Origin: a virus
Taxonomy: Duplodnaviria > Caudoviricetes
Length of the DNA stretch: 27,031 bases
Strand: one strand, 5' to 3'
IMG/VR virus record: IMGVR_UViG_3300017697_000078
Location: 1 to 27,031 of that record
The first letter of the stretch is position 1. Each line of letters opens with the position of its first letter. The notes beneath the pieces are model-generated. The model was not told the origin of the DNA and searched no databases. It saw only the letters and a program-made list of their open reading frames with translations. A program made the position numbers and the translations under genes. Shown here piece by piece: positions 15,408 through 24,081 of the stretch.

Positions 15408-15411
15408 CTAT

Positions 15412-15420
15412 TGGTATAAT
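15412..15420 (+). promoter_or_regulatory. extended -10 of leaderless tail-operon transcript
   Basis: TGgTATAAT 6 nt before ATG 15427, no SD. Confidence 0.6.
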
Positions 15421-15426
15421 TACATT

Positions 15427-15774
15427 ATGCCAATACTTTCAACAGCATTATTAAACGAGTCAATAGACATTCAATCACTATCCGGTAGTGGTGTAGACGA
15501 TAGAGGAAACTCTTCTGCGACATTCAGCAACTCAGCTACAAGTGTTCAGTGCAAAGTAGTCAGAAAAGATAAAGGCTCTACTGAATTAGATGTAGAGGGC
15601 AGAGAAGAATTCAATCAAGAAATACAGTTTATAGTTCCCAAAGGCACCACAGTAACAAGACTAGATAGAGTCACTTATGATAGTGATTACTACAACATCA
15701 AAAATGTATACAAAGTAAGAGATAGATTTGGTGCAACAATGTTCAAAAAAATCATCGCTGAATCGGGTTACTAA
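15427..15774 (+). CDS. head-tail joining / head closure protein (SPP1 gp16-like)
   Basis: DDRGN, DRVTYDSDYYNI motifs; size and position. Confidence 0.8.
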   Translation: MPILSTALLNESIDIQSLSGSGVDDRGNSSATFSNSATSVQCKVVRKDKGSTELDVEGREEFNQEIQFIVPKGTTVTRLDRVTYDSDYYNIKNVYKVRDRFGATMFKKIIAESGY

Positions 15775-16742
15775 TGGCTAACAAGGCAGTATTAACAACA
15801 TCTAAAAGAACTTTTAGAAAAGTTAAAGGTGGTTTCTCCGGTAAAACTCGTTATAAGAGTGTAAAAGAAGTTCAGAGCCTTGCTGACCTAAGAACATTCT
15901 TTTATGAATATTCACTATTCGTTGGTGACTATAACTCAATACCCGGAGTCCCAAGTTTTAATTTTATGAACTCTTCTCGTAGTGCTTTCTTGAAAGCAGG
16001 TCGTGTAGTCGGTGATGCTAGAGCTATTGGAAACACTGTAGATAAAATCTTTGGTAACGCAGGTAACGATGCTACTAAATTAGGAGAACGTTATTTCAGA
16101 CGTATTGGTGGTCGTGTAACTGGTAAAGCTCTTATGGCTATTCCCGGAAACAATGTAGTAGCTCGTGCAACTAGGTCTGTTGTTGGTGCTAATATGCAAA
16201 AAGAATTTGATGGTCTCGTCAAAAAAATGACAGGTAAAAGTAAAGCACCTAAACCAACTGTTAAAGTTAGAGGACGTGTTAAGCACGATTTCTTAAACGG
16301 TAGAAAACCACAACAAATAGTTGAAGCTGCAGCAGAAGATATTGCTAGAAATACTTATGTTTATACACCAGTTAAAACAGGTGCATTAAGAGGTTCTATT
16401 AAAACTATTTACAAACCAATAAAAGTAAAAGGTGGATACTTAGAAAGAGCACAAGTAACTATTGGTGGAGGAACTGTAGATTATGCAGCAAGAGTCGAGT
16501 ATGGCGCAGGCGAATTATTCGGTATTGGAACGCCAGCAGTTGTTTCTAAACTATTCCCAGCCCCAGCTAGTGTTTATACACTTAAGTCTGATAGCAACCC
16601 TAGAAAAGCTGTTACCGACCAAGGTAAAGGTGCTATGTTAAGAAGAGGTGCTGCTAGAACTAAAGAGAAGTTTAGAAGAGTTGGTATAAAAAGCAGACAA
16701 GAAAGCTGGGATGATGTTATCAGAAAGGCTAAACAAGTATAA
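15774..16742 (+). CDS. HK97 gp10-like tail completion protein with long basic N-terminal extension
   Basis: TPVKTGALRGSI and YAARVEYG motifs. Confidence 0.75.
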   Translation: MANKAVLTTSKRTFRKVKGGFSGKTRYKSVKEVQSLADLRTFFYEYSLFVGDYNSIPGVPSFNFMNSSRSAFLKAGRVVGDARAIGNTVDKIFGNAGNDATKLGERYFRRIGGRVTGKALMAIPGNNVVARATRSVVGANMQKEFDGLVKKMTGKSKAPKPTVKVRGRVKHDFLNGRKPQQIVEAAAEDIARNTYVYTPVKTGALRGSIKTIYKPIKVKGGYLERAQVTIGGGTVDYAARVEYGAGELFGIGTPAVVSKLFPAPASVYTLKSDSNPRKAVTDQGKGAMLRRGAARTKEKFRRVGIKSRQESWDDVIRKAKQV

Positions 16743-17194
16743 TGGCACAGAATTTACCGGACGCAGAAGTATTATTTAGAAGTTGGGCATCTTCTCATTC
16801 CTCTATTACAGATTTAGTTAGCACAAGAATAGCAACAAGATTGCCTAGTTCCGGAACACTTCCTTTCTTAGTTTTTCATCAATTAGGTGGAACACCTAGT
16901 GCTGATGAAGTCTTGATTTATGAAGCAACTATTATGTGTGATGCTTATGCAGGCAAATATGGTAGTGCTGGAACAAAGGGTCAACCCGACTATGCAGGCT
17001 CTTATAATTTAGCTAATCAAATTGTCAAAGAAAGTTTTGACCATCAACCTACAAAATATACTTCGGATGGTGGAGTTACTGGTCAGATATATGGGTTCTA
17101 TAATCAAAGCGGACCGGGTCGTATCGATGAGCCCGAGCTAGGTTTAGCACGCTATAATATAGAAGTAGTAATGGTATATGGAGCGGTAACGTGA
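16742..17194 (+). CDS. tail terminator protein
   Basis: RIATRLP...PFLV...GG and PELGLARY motifs; position before MTP. Confidence 0.75.
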   Translation: MAQNLPDAEVLFRSWASSHSSITDLVSTRIATRLPSSGTLPFLVFHQLGGTPSADEVLIYEATIMCDAYAGKYGSAGTKGQPDYAGSYNLANQIVKESFDHQPTKYTSDGGVTGQIYGFYNQSGPGRIDEPELGLARYNIEVVMVYGAVT

Positions 17195-17463
17195 AAAATA
17201 TAAAGTTAAATCCATTTATAAGAGATTTCGACTCGATAAGAGACGAAAAACTTGATGTCATAATAGGCAAAGAGTGGATTGAAGTTAAAGAACTTGATTG
17301 GAAAAGGCTTTCAGAAGCACAGACCAAACAGGGAGATAGTTTACTTCCAACCTTCATTGCTGAGGGTGATGGAATGGGTGAAGTAAAAAGTTTAGTTTCT
17401 GAAAAAGAAACTATCGATGAGGAATGGTTCGGCACTGACGAAGAAGTAGAAGAAGAAGAGTGA
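17191..17463 (+). CDS. acidic hypothetical protein
   Basis: GTGA overlap, SD GGAG. Confidence 0.7.
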   Translation: MKNIKLNPFIRDFDSIRDEKLDVIIGKEWIEVKELDWKRLSEAQTKQGDSLLPTFIAEGDGMGEVKSLVSEKETIDEEWFGTDEEVEEEE

Positions 17464-17500
17464 CAAGCTCTTCCGTTAGTAATAGGTAGGTAATAAAAAA

Positions 17501-18106
17501 ATGGCACAAAGTATTACAGAAGTAATCTTAGGAACAGGTAACTTGTTCGTGGCTAGTGAAAGTGACTTGAATGGAAGTAGCCCAAACGCTACATTCCCAA
17601 CGAACCCAGCAGCTACACCAAGTGCATCTTATTGGGATAACATTGGTTATTCAGAAGGTGGCTTTTCTTTAGAATACGATAAAACTTTTGAAGACATTAT
17701 GGTTGCAGAAGAGATTGACCCAATTAAGACAATCAAAACTGCACAAGAAGTGAGAATCACTGGTGAATTAGCACAGGCATCTTTAAGAAGCTTGAAGTTT
17801 GCTATGGCTGGTGGAACCACAACAGCTGATGCACCGTCTTCCGGATATACAACATTAGTTCCTCCAACAACTGACTCTTTTGAAGAGAAGTCATTGTTGT
17901 TAAGAGTTAATGCACCGGGACATGATGAAGCTGGAACATCCAAAACTAGAGACATTCACGTCCCTAGAGCCGTAAACATTGGAGCGTTCTCAATGGTTCA
18001 CGCAAAGGCACCTCAGAAGGTAACAATCACTATCGAATATAAAGTGTTGAAACCAAACTCTGATGCACCATTTAGCGAAATATTTAAAGTTATAGACGAA
18101 GTCTAA
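17501..18106 (+). CDS. major tail (tube) protein
   Basis: WDNIGYSEGGFSLEY motif, 201 aa, precedes chaperone and tape measure. Confidence 0.88.
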   Translation: MAQSITEVILGTGNLFVASESDLNGSSPNATFPTNPAATPSASYWDNIGYSEGGFSLEYDKTFEDIMVAEEIDPIKTIKTAQEVRITGELAQASLRSLKFAMAGGTTTADAPSSGYTTLVPPTTDSFEEKSLLLRVNAPGHDEAGTSKTRDIHVPRAVNIGAFSMVHAKAPQKVTITIEYKVLKPNSDAPFSEIFKVIDEV

Positions 18107-18124
18107 AACCCAAGAGGAGGGTAA

Positions 18125-18466
18125 ATGAGTTATAAAGATTTTGACTCGGCGGTAGAAGAAGCCGACAACGATAAGTTAACTTTCAAGGTAGCTGGAAAAG
18201 AATATAAAGTTCCTTCACAGCTACCAGCGAAAGTCATCTTAACACAGTTACGATTAGCTAACGATAGTGGTGAAGTCGGAACTAAGAACATTGGAGAGTG
18301 GTTAAAAGCTCTCTTAGGTGACGAGATATACGATGAGATTCTAAATGCTGGTATTACTTGGACCAAACTGGAAGAGTTACTTACTTGGCTACTAGAAGCA
18401 TACGGTATCTTACCAAAAGAGGATGTTGAAGAATCCGAAGGGGGAGAAGAAGAAGCCCCAAAATAA
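18125..18466 (+). CDS. tail assembly chaperone (gpG equivalent)
   Basis: Between MTP and TMP; SD GAGGAGG; ends at slippery CCCAAAA. Confidence 0.85.
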   Translation: MSYKDFDSAVEEADNDKLTFKVAGKEYKVPSQLPAKVILTQLRLANDSGEVGTKNIGEWLKALLGDEIYDEILNAGITWTKLEELLTWLLEAYGILPKEDVEESEGGEEEAPK

Positions 18467-18732
18467 ACATCACTTATGATGATGTTTTACACAGATTTAG
18501 TTCTGTTGAGGCTGACTTCCAAAGATTCTACGGATTAGACCCGTTTTCTCTGACTTGGAGAAGGTTCGTTGTTTTATTATTCAGTCTCGTTTCTGAAGAG
18601 TCTGCTTTTTATGCTCCTTATATGAAAGAAATGTATGAGGAATACAAAGAAGAAATGAGCAACGAAAAAAATCAAACACCCAAAGTTCAAATTTCATTAG
18701 ATGAAGCAATGAATGATTTAGGAGTAAATTAA
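18125..18732 (+). CDS. tail assembly chaperone -1 frameshift product (gpGT equivalent)
   Basis: -1 frame open 18463-18732 (INITYDD...EADFQRFYGLD...LTWRRFVVLL...), ends just before TMP. Confidence 0.85.
18457..18463 (+). other. programmed -1 ribosomal frameshift site
   Basis: C CCA AAA (X XXY YYZ) directly before TAA; SD-like GGGGGAG about 10 nt upstream. Confidence 0.85.
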
Positions 18733-18733
18733 A

Positions 18734-21700
18734 GTGGAAAAAGCAGGTTCGTTATTTTTCGAAACGGCTGTTGATGATGGAGCTGTAGACGGCGCGGATA
18801 AAGTTGCGGTTAAAGTTGGTTCTAGGTTAGCAAAAGCTTTTAGTGGTATAGGCGGTATGATAAATACTGCTACTGTAGCAATAATAGCCTCACTTGGTGT
18901 TGGTATGATTGCAGGAACAAGAGCTGCAATTGAATTCGAAGATGCATTCGCAATGGTTAAAAAGACTATGGCTGATGTTGACGACCCAAAAGTCTTTGAG
19001 AAAATAGCTGACGACCTACAAAGATTAGCAACACAAATTCCAGTTAGAGCTAGTGAATTAGCTGCATTGGGTTCTGTTGCAGGTCAGTTAGGTGTTGCCT
19101 CTGAAGATGTTTCTAAATTCGTTGAAGTCACTGGTAAATTAGGTGTCGCAACAAATATGACTGGTGAGCAAGCTGCTACATCTCTTGCTCGTTTCTTAAA
19201 TGTTACAAACCAAACTACTGACGAAGTAGACAAATTCGCTGCTATTTTGGTTCAATTAGGTAACAACGTAGCTGCACAAGAGTCTGAGATTATATTATTA
19301 GCTCAGAACTTAGGTGCTGTTGCTTCGGTTGCTGGTTTAGGTGCTACGGAAGTTTTGGCTTTCTCAGCGGCTATGCGAGAAACTGGTCAGCAATCATCAG
19401 CTGGTGCAACTGCTCTCGGTAAATTCTTTATGGCACTTAAAGGTGCTGAACAAGGTGATGCTCAAGCATTATTTAAATTTGCTGAAGTAGCAGGAACATC
19501 GGTGACTGAGATGGCAGACCTTATTGAAGAGGACATAGGTAGAGCTGCAACTTTATTCTTAGATGGTTTGAATAGAATGAATGCACAAGGACAGTCAACT
19601 ATAGCTGTTCTACAATCATTAGGTTTAAACCAAGCTAGAACATCTAGGGCTCTTCTTTCTTTAGCTAACAACTCGGAAGGTTTAGCAGAAGCTATAAGAT
19701 TAGCTAATACAGAAGCTATAGAACAAAATGCTTTGAATGAAGAAGCTGCAACTAGGTTCGAAACCGTCTCTCAGAAAACAGCACAGTTCAAATCTATTAT
19801 GAATGTTGCTGGTCAACAGATTGGTGAAATATTTTTGCCTTTCGTTTCTAAAGTTGTAGATGTCTTAATACAAATAGCTAAAGGTGTTGTTGGTGCTATA
19901 AGAGGATTTCAAGAGATGAGTAGTGCAATGAGAAAAGTAGCTACAATCGTCCTAGGTTCCGGAGTCGTCAAACTTATGAAATCTTTAGGTAGTGCAATAA
20001 GTGGGGCAGGAAAAGCAGGAGGTATGCTTTCAAAAATAGCTTCAAAATTAGCTGGTGGACTTAAATTTTTAATGGGACCTCTATTGACAATAATTGGGCT
20101 AATGAGAACCTTATTTAACTTAGGAGAAAAACAAGAAACTTTTGAAGGCTTTAACCAAGCCATAGTAAGTATTGGTGATACTCTTGAAGAAGTGCAATCA
20201 CAAGGTGGAGATTTTGCAGAAAACTTTACTGAAGAAACTATGGATGCTTTAGTAGAGAAGTTTCCCGAAGAAATGAGACAAACACTTCGTGATTCTGTAA
20301 AAGACGGAATAATCACAGAACAAGCTGTAGAGTTTGCTGCTGGTATAGGTAGTGCTTTAAGTTCAGAAATAGATAGTGCTTTAAGAAATAGTGTTGGAGT
20401 AGGAGATATCTTCAACAAGTTTACATTCGACGATTTATCAGAAGCAGTTAGTTTAATGGAACAAGCTGGAGGAGAAGAAACTTTCGGTCCCCTTCTAACA
20501 ATGGCAAAAGAACTAACAGGAGAGTTTGACCAACAAACAGGTGTCTTGAGTGAACAAGGTGAAATAATTAAAACAAACTTAACAGCAATGTTAGCTATCG
20601 CATCAACTTTTGATAAGATACTCACACCAACTGAAAAACTTGCTTTAGAGCTTGGAAATGTCTTAGAGGCAACAGGTGAAACAGATGAAAACATTGCAAG
20701 AATATTAGCTGACGAAGAATTGATGCTTAAAGTAGCTAAATCACTTACTGGTGAGTTTAAACAATTTGGACCGTTAATAGAAGCAATACCTTTTAAAGAG
20801 GTTGCTGACGGAATGATTACAGCACAAGAACAATTATCTAAGAATGCAGAAATTATGAGACAAGTTATCAATGATATATTTGAACCTACAGAAATGAAGT
20901 TTGCTGTTGAGATGGCAGAGTTTGATGTCTTAGATGCAATCAAAGAACAGAATGAGTTAAAACAAGAAGGCATAGACCTCAATCAAGAAGACGTTGAACT
21001 CGGTGAAGAGCTAGCGAGACTCAAAGCTTCAGAATTACTTTCTGAAGAAGAGATATTAGATATACAAGAAAAAACTGCAGAGATTGCAGAGTTACAAAAC
21101 AAACATCGCACCGAAGGAGTTATGACTCTTGAGGAACAGAGAAAACAACAAGACTTAATTACTGAAGCCTTAGAAATAGAAGACAGAATACGTAGAGGTA
21201 TGCTTCTTACTGCTAACGAGCAGTTACAAAAAGAAAAGCTAAAAAAAGATTTACGTAAAGTCGAATTAGCTGCATCACAAGGTTCATTAGAGTTTGCTGA
21301 CTTAGAAGCAGAAGCTATTAGAGAAAAAATTAAAGAGATTGATAATTCTGCAGTATCTGCTGAAGATGCAGAGATACTTAGAGCTAAAGCTGCTGAAACT
21401 GGTGAAAAAGCTCAGTTACGTCGTAAGAATGAACTTAACAAGATTGAAAAACTTACAGGGGAAATTCAAAAAGCAAATGATGATGCTTTAATTCAAAGAC
21501 AAAAAGATATTGAAGACATAGAAAAACGTCGTGTTGAAATAAACGAGAAATTATTAGAACTTCCTAGAAAGATGAAAGAAGCAAACTTTGAGGTTCTAAA
21601 TTCACAACAAGAATTAGCAAACAAAAATCTAGACTTACTTTCCGGATTTAAAGAATTAGGAACAGTTGTAGAGTCAGAGGCAATGAGAATGGCTAAAGAC

Positions 21701-22141
21701 TTAGGTCTTCCTTTCTCAACACTACAAGGAATGCAAAACATTATTAATACACTTAAGAATGATTCCGGTGCTTTTATAAACACAGCAGTAGGTAGAGCAG
21801 GTTTAGACAGTAATACTTTCGTAGAACCGGGACAAAGTGCACCATCTACAGTTCAGAGAGTTTTAGATGCTGGAGCAATGCATCAAGGTGGAATGATGAA
21901 AGCTGGTTCAAGAGCACTTGTCGGTGAGTTTGGTCCGGAAATAATCAAAACAATGCCGGGTGGTGGTGCAATGGTATCTAAGATTAAAGATTTTCAAATG
22001 TCACAAGGTGGGGGCAATATCGTCAATGTAAACGTAACTGGACTTCCAACTGACCCTATAGCTGCAAGAAGAATTGCACAAAACATACAAAGAGAACTTA
22101 ACAAGTTAGCAAAAGATGGTAGGAGTGGCATTGTCAGATAG
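18734..22141 (+). CDS. tape measure protein (TP901-family core)
   Basis: 1135 aa, Ala-rich helical; FEDAFAMVKKT, AGQLGV, LGNNVAAQESEI; C-terminal HQGG...VGEFGPE. Confidence 0.95.
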   Translation: MEKAGSLFFETAVDDGAVDGADKVAVKVGSRLAKAFSGIGGMINTATVAIIASLGVGMIAGTRAAIEFEDAFAMVKKTMADVDDPKVFEKIADDLQRLATQIPVRASELAALGSVAGQLGVASEDVSKFVEVTGKLGVATNMTGEQAATSLARFLNVTNQTTDEVDKFAAILVQLGNNVAAQESEIILLAQNLGAVASVAGLGATEVLAFSAAMRETGQQSSAGATALGKFFMALKGAEQGDAQALFKFAEVAGTSVTEMADLIEEDIGRAATLFLDGLNRMNAQGQSTIAVLQSLGLNQARTSRALLSLANNSEGLAEAIRLANTEAIEQNALNEEAATRFETVSQKTAQFKSIMNVAGQQIGEIFLPFVSKVVDVLIQIAKGVVGAIRGFQEMSSAMRKVATIVLGSGVVKLMKSLGSAISGAGKAGGMLSKIASKLAGGLKFLMGPLLTIIGLMRTLFNLGEKQETFEGFNQAIVSIGDTLEEVQSQGGDFAENFTEETMDALVEKFPEEMRQTLRDSVKDGIITEQAVEFAAGIGSALSSEIDSALRNSVGVGDIFNKFTFDDLSEAVSLMEQAGGEETFGPLLTMAKELTGEFDQQTGVLSEQGEIIKTNLTAMLAIASTFDKILTPTEKLALELGNVLEATGETDENIARILADEELMLKVAKSLTGEFKQFGPLIEAIPFKEVADGMITAQEQLSKNAEIMRQVINDIFEPTEMKFAVEMAEFDVLDAIKEQNELKQEGIDLNQEDVELGEELARLKASELLSEEEILDIQEKTAEIAELQNKHRTEGVMTLEEQRKQQDLITEALEIEDRIRRGMLLTANEQLQKEKLKKDLRKVELAASQGSLEFADLEAEAIREKIKEIDNSAVSAEDAEILRAKAAETGEKAQLRRKNELNKIEKLTGEIQKANDDALIQRQKDIEDIEKRRVEINEKLLELPRKMKEANFEVLNSQQELANKNLDLLSGFKELGTVVESEAMRMAKDLGLPFSTLQGMQNIINTLKNDSGAFINTAVGRAGLDSNTFVEPGQSAPSTVQRVLDAGAMHQGGMMKAGSRALVGEFGPEIIKTMPGGGAMVSKIKDFQMSQGGGNIVNVNVTGLPTDPIAARRIAQNIQRELNKLAKDGRSGIVR

Positions 22142-22220
22142 AATCTATACACACGCTAATTTTCACGTTCACAGAGCTACTCACGATAATGAATACGTAG
22201 AATGGGAAGAGGAAGAATAA
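22131..22220 (+). CDS. His-rich micro-protein (29 aa, MSDRIYTHANFHVHRATHDNEYVEWEEEE)
   Basis: Not in ORF track; SD AGGAG 22121-22125, TTG start, EEEE tail carries SD of next gene. Confidence 0.55.
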   Translation: MSDRIYTHANFHVHRATHDNEYVEWEEEE

Positions 22221-22222
22221 TA

Positions 22223-22705
22223 ATGTTCGCAAAAATAAAAGATAATCTAGGTTTGATAGCAACTGCTATTGCTCTTATGGGAACAATAGGAACAGGTTTA
22301 TCAACTGCTGGTGAAATAGTAAACACTCTTCAAGGCATAGATGAAAGAATGGTTGGAATAGAAATAGAGTTTGAACAACTCAAACAAGACACAATGGTAT
22401 CAAATGATATTGCAGTTCTTTATGAAAAAATAATGTCACTAGAAGCACAAGCTATGCGTTATCAAGAACTTGACCAAACATTAGCTTCAATGTCTACAGA
22501 AATATATCAAATCAAAGAAGATTTAAGAGATAGTGGTTTCGATTTCTCTAACAAAAAATTACTAGAAGAGTGGGAATGGTCTGATGCACAAGCACAGATA
22601 ATTAGAATAGATACTATTTTACAACAGGTTCAAAACCAACTTTGGACCTTAGATAGTTTGGAAACAAGGATAGCTTATTTAGAAGCTAATCTTCATGGGC
22701 ATTAA
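22223..22705 (+). CDS. membrane-anchored coiled-coil protein
   Basis: Start moved to ATG 22223; N-terminal hydrophobic helix then heptad-rich region. Confidence 0.75.
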   Translation: MFAKIKDNLGLIATAIALMGTIGTGLSTAGEIVNTLQGIDERMVGIEIEFEQLKQDTMVSNDIAVLYEKIMSLEAQAMRYQELDQTLASMSTEIYQIKEDLRDSGFDFSNKKLLEEWEWSDAQAQIIRIDTILQQVQNQLWTLDSLETRIAYLEANLHGH

Positions 22706-22707
22706 TA

Positions 22708-22830
22708 ATGATTGATAATAAAGAAAAACATTATTTAAAAGCTTGTAAATCAGACTGGAATTGCGGCGAATACTTTTATGGACCTAAATACAGTATGTGC
22801 AAACAATGTAGAGACAAGGAGATGTGCTAA
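22708..22830 (+). CDS. small Cys-rich zinc-finger-like protein (40 aa)
   Basis: Not in ORF track; MIDNKEKHYLKACKSDWNCGEYFYGPKYSMCKQCRDKEMC; TAATG coupling to next gene. Confidence 0.6.
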   Translation: MIDNKEKHYLKACKSDWNCGEYFYGPKYSMCKQCRDKEMC

Positions 22831-24080
22831 TGGCTAATACTATAACAATAGGAAGAATGACCTTTACTTCACCAGCAAGTATCAGCTTTGCTTCAGTCCA
22901 AGATGGTTCAAGAAACTCTATGGATAGAACAGTAAGTATGAGTGGACGTTTCGTTGCAGACACAGTTGCTGCTGCTAAAACATTAAGAGATGAACTTGTA
23001 TCAATGGGTAACTCAAACCTAATTATGCCTTTTACTTATGAAGGTGACGATACTTTCAAAGGGTATACCAAAATTAATGGTGTGACAATAGACAGTAGTA
23101 AGTTAGGAACAGGATTATTTACATATAGTTTCTCACTAGATATTAAAGGTAGAGTATCAGAAATGTTATTTGAATCTAATATGTCCGGGGCTTTATTGAC
23201 AAACTCACACAGTATTACTTCTACAACCTATGCACCTTGGCACGCTTTACCAGTTAATGCTTACAACTACTCCCACGATTCAGCACCAGTAGACGGTATC
23301 AGAGCTACAGAAAATGGAAACGTCGCTTTCTTTTATGACACAGACCTAAGAAGTAGTGCAGCGCAGTGGCTCGTAGAACCAGTAGATTATTATAAAGGCG
23401 CATCAAAAATTATTGTAAACAACACAACAATGTCCGGGTATCAAGCTCCGAATGCACCTACAGCAGTGACACTTACTAATGGTATAATTAAATTAACATC
23501 GGGTTCAACTTCAGACGAAACACGATTCACACTAAGTTTTTATGATAATGGTTCATATGTTAGTAGTAGAGAAATATCAATTAACTATGGAGCATCCAAA
23601 ACTGAATGGAAGCTATGGAAAACAGTTCAGATTCTGAGGAACGAACCTCACGAATGTGTAGTGCGTTTTGCTACCTATTCAGACGATAATGGAGATGGGC
23701 GACTCACTGTAGATGTGTCATTGAAGAGAGGAGCCCATCACGTTAGCATTGTTTCCAGTATGGGACCAACTGCTGATAGAGCTGCTAGCTCACGCATTAA
23801 TTTACAAGTAACGGAAGACGGAGGAACATTTTCAGATAGCACTGGATATATGATAGAGGGTTCAGCTGATGCTGCAGGACAAAAATTTATGATTGGAAGT
23901 CCCCAAGGCTATACAGCAGTGACGGGAGATAAATTAATTCATCTATCTACAAGTCAATTCAAGACTTTTGTGGGATATGAATACAATGCTACCAGTCCAG
24001 CTACAATAGATGCAGCAGACGCAGTAAGAGACCAATATCTACAAAGTTTATATGAGAATGTTCGATTAGTAAGGGCTTAG
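22830..24080 (+). CDS. minor tail protein (distal tail/Dit position)
   Basis: ATG 22830 with SD AAGGAG; Ser/Thr-rich, beta-type composition; between TMP and tail tip. Confidence 0.7.
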   Translation: MANTITIGRMTFTSPASISFASVQDGSRNSMDRTVSMSGRFVADTVAAAKTLRDELVSMGNSNLIMPFTYEGDDTFKGYTKINGVTIDSSKLGTGLFTYSFSLDIKGRVSEMLFESNMSGALLTNSHSITSTTYAPWHALPVNAYNYSHDSAPVDGIRATENGNVAFFYDTDLRSSAAQWLVEPVDYYKGASKIIVNNTTMSGYQAPNAPTAVTLTNGIIKLTSGSTSDETRFTLSFYDNGSYVSSREISINYGASKTEWKLWKTVQILRNEPHECVVRFATYSDDNGDGRLTVDVSLKRGAHHVSIVSSMGPTADRAASSRINLQVTEDGGTFSDSTGYMIEGSADAAGQKFMIGSPQGYTAVTGDKLIHLSTSQFKTFVGYEYNATSPATIDAADAVRDQYLQSLYENVRLVRA

Positions 24081-24081
24081 T

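Noticed and set aside
19909-20982. 357-aa minus-strand ORF
   Set aside because: Antisense shadow of the tape measure gene; Ser-rich composition expected from reverse-read codons, no recognisable motif.
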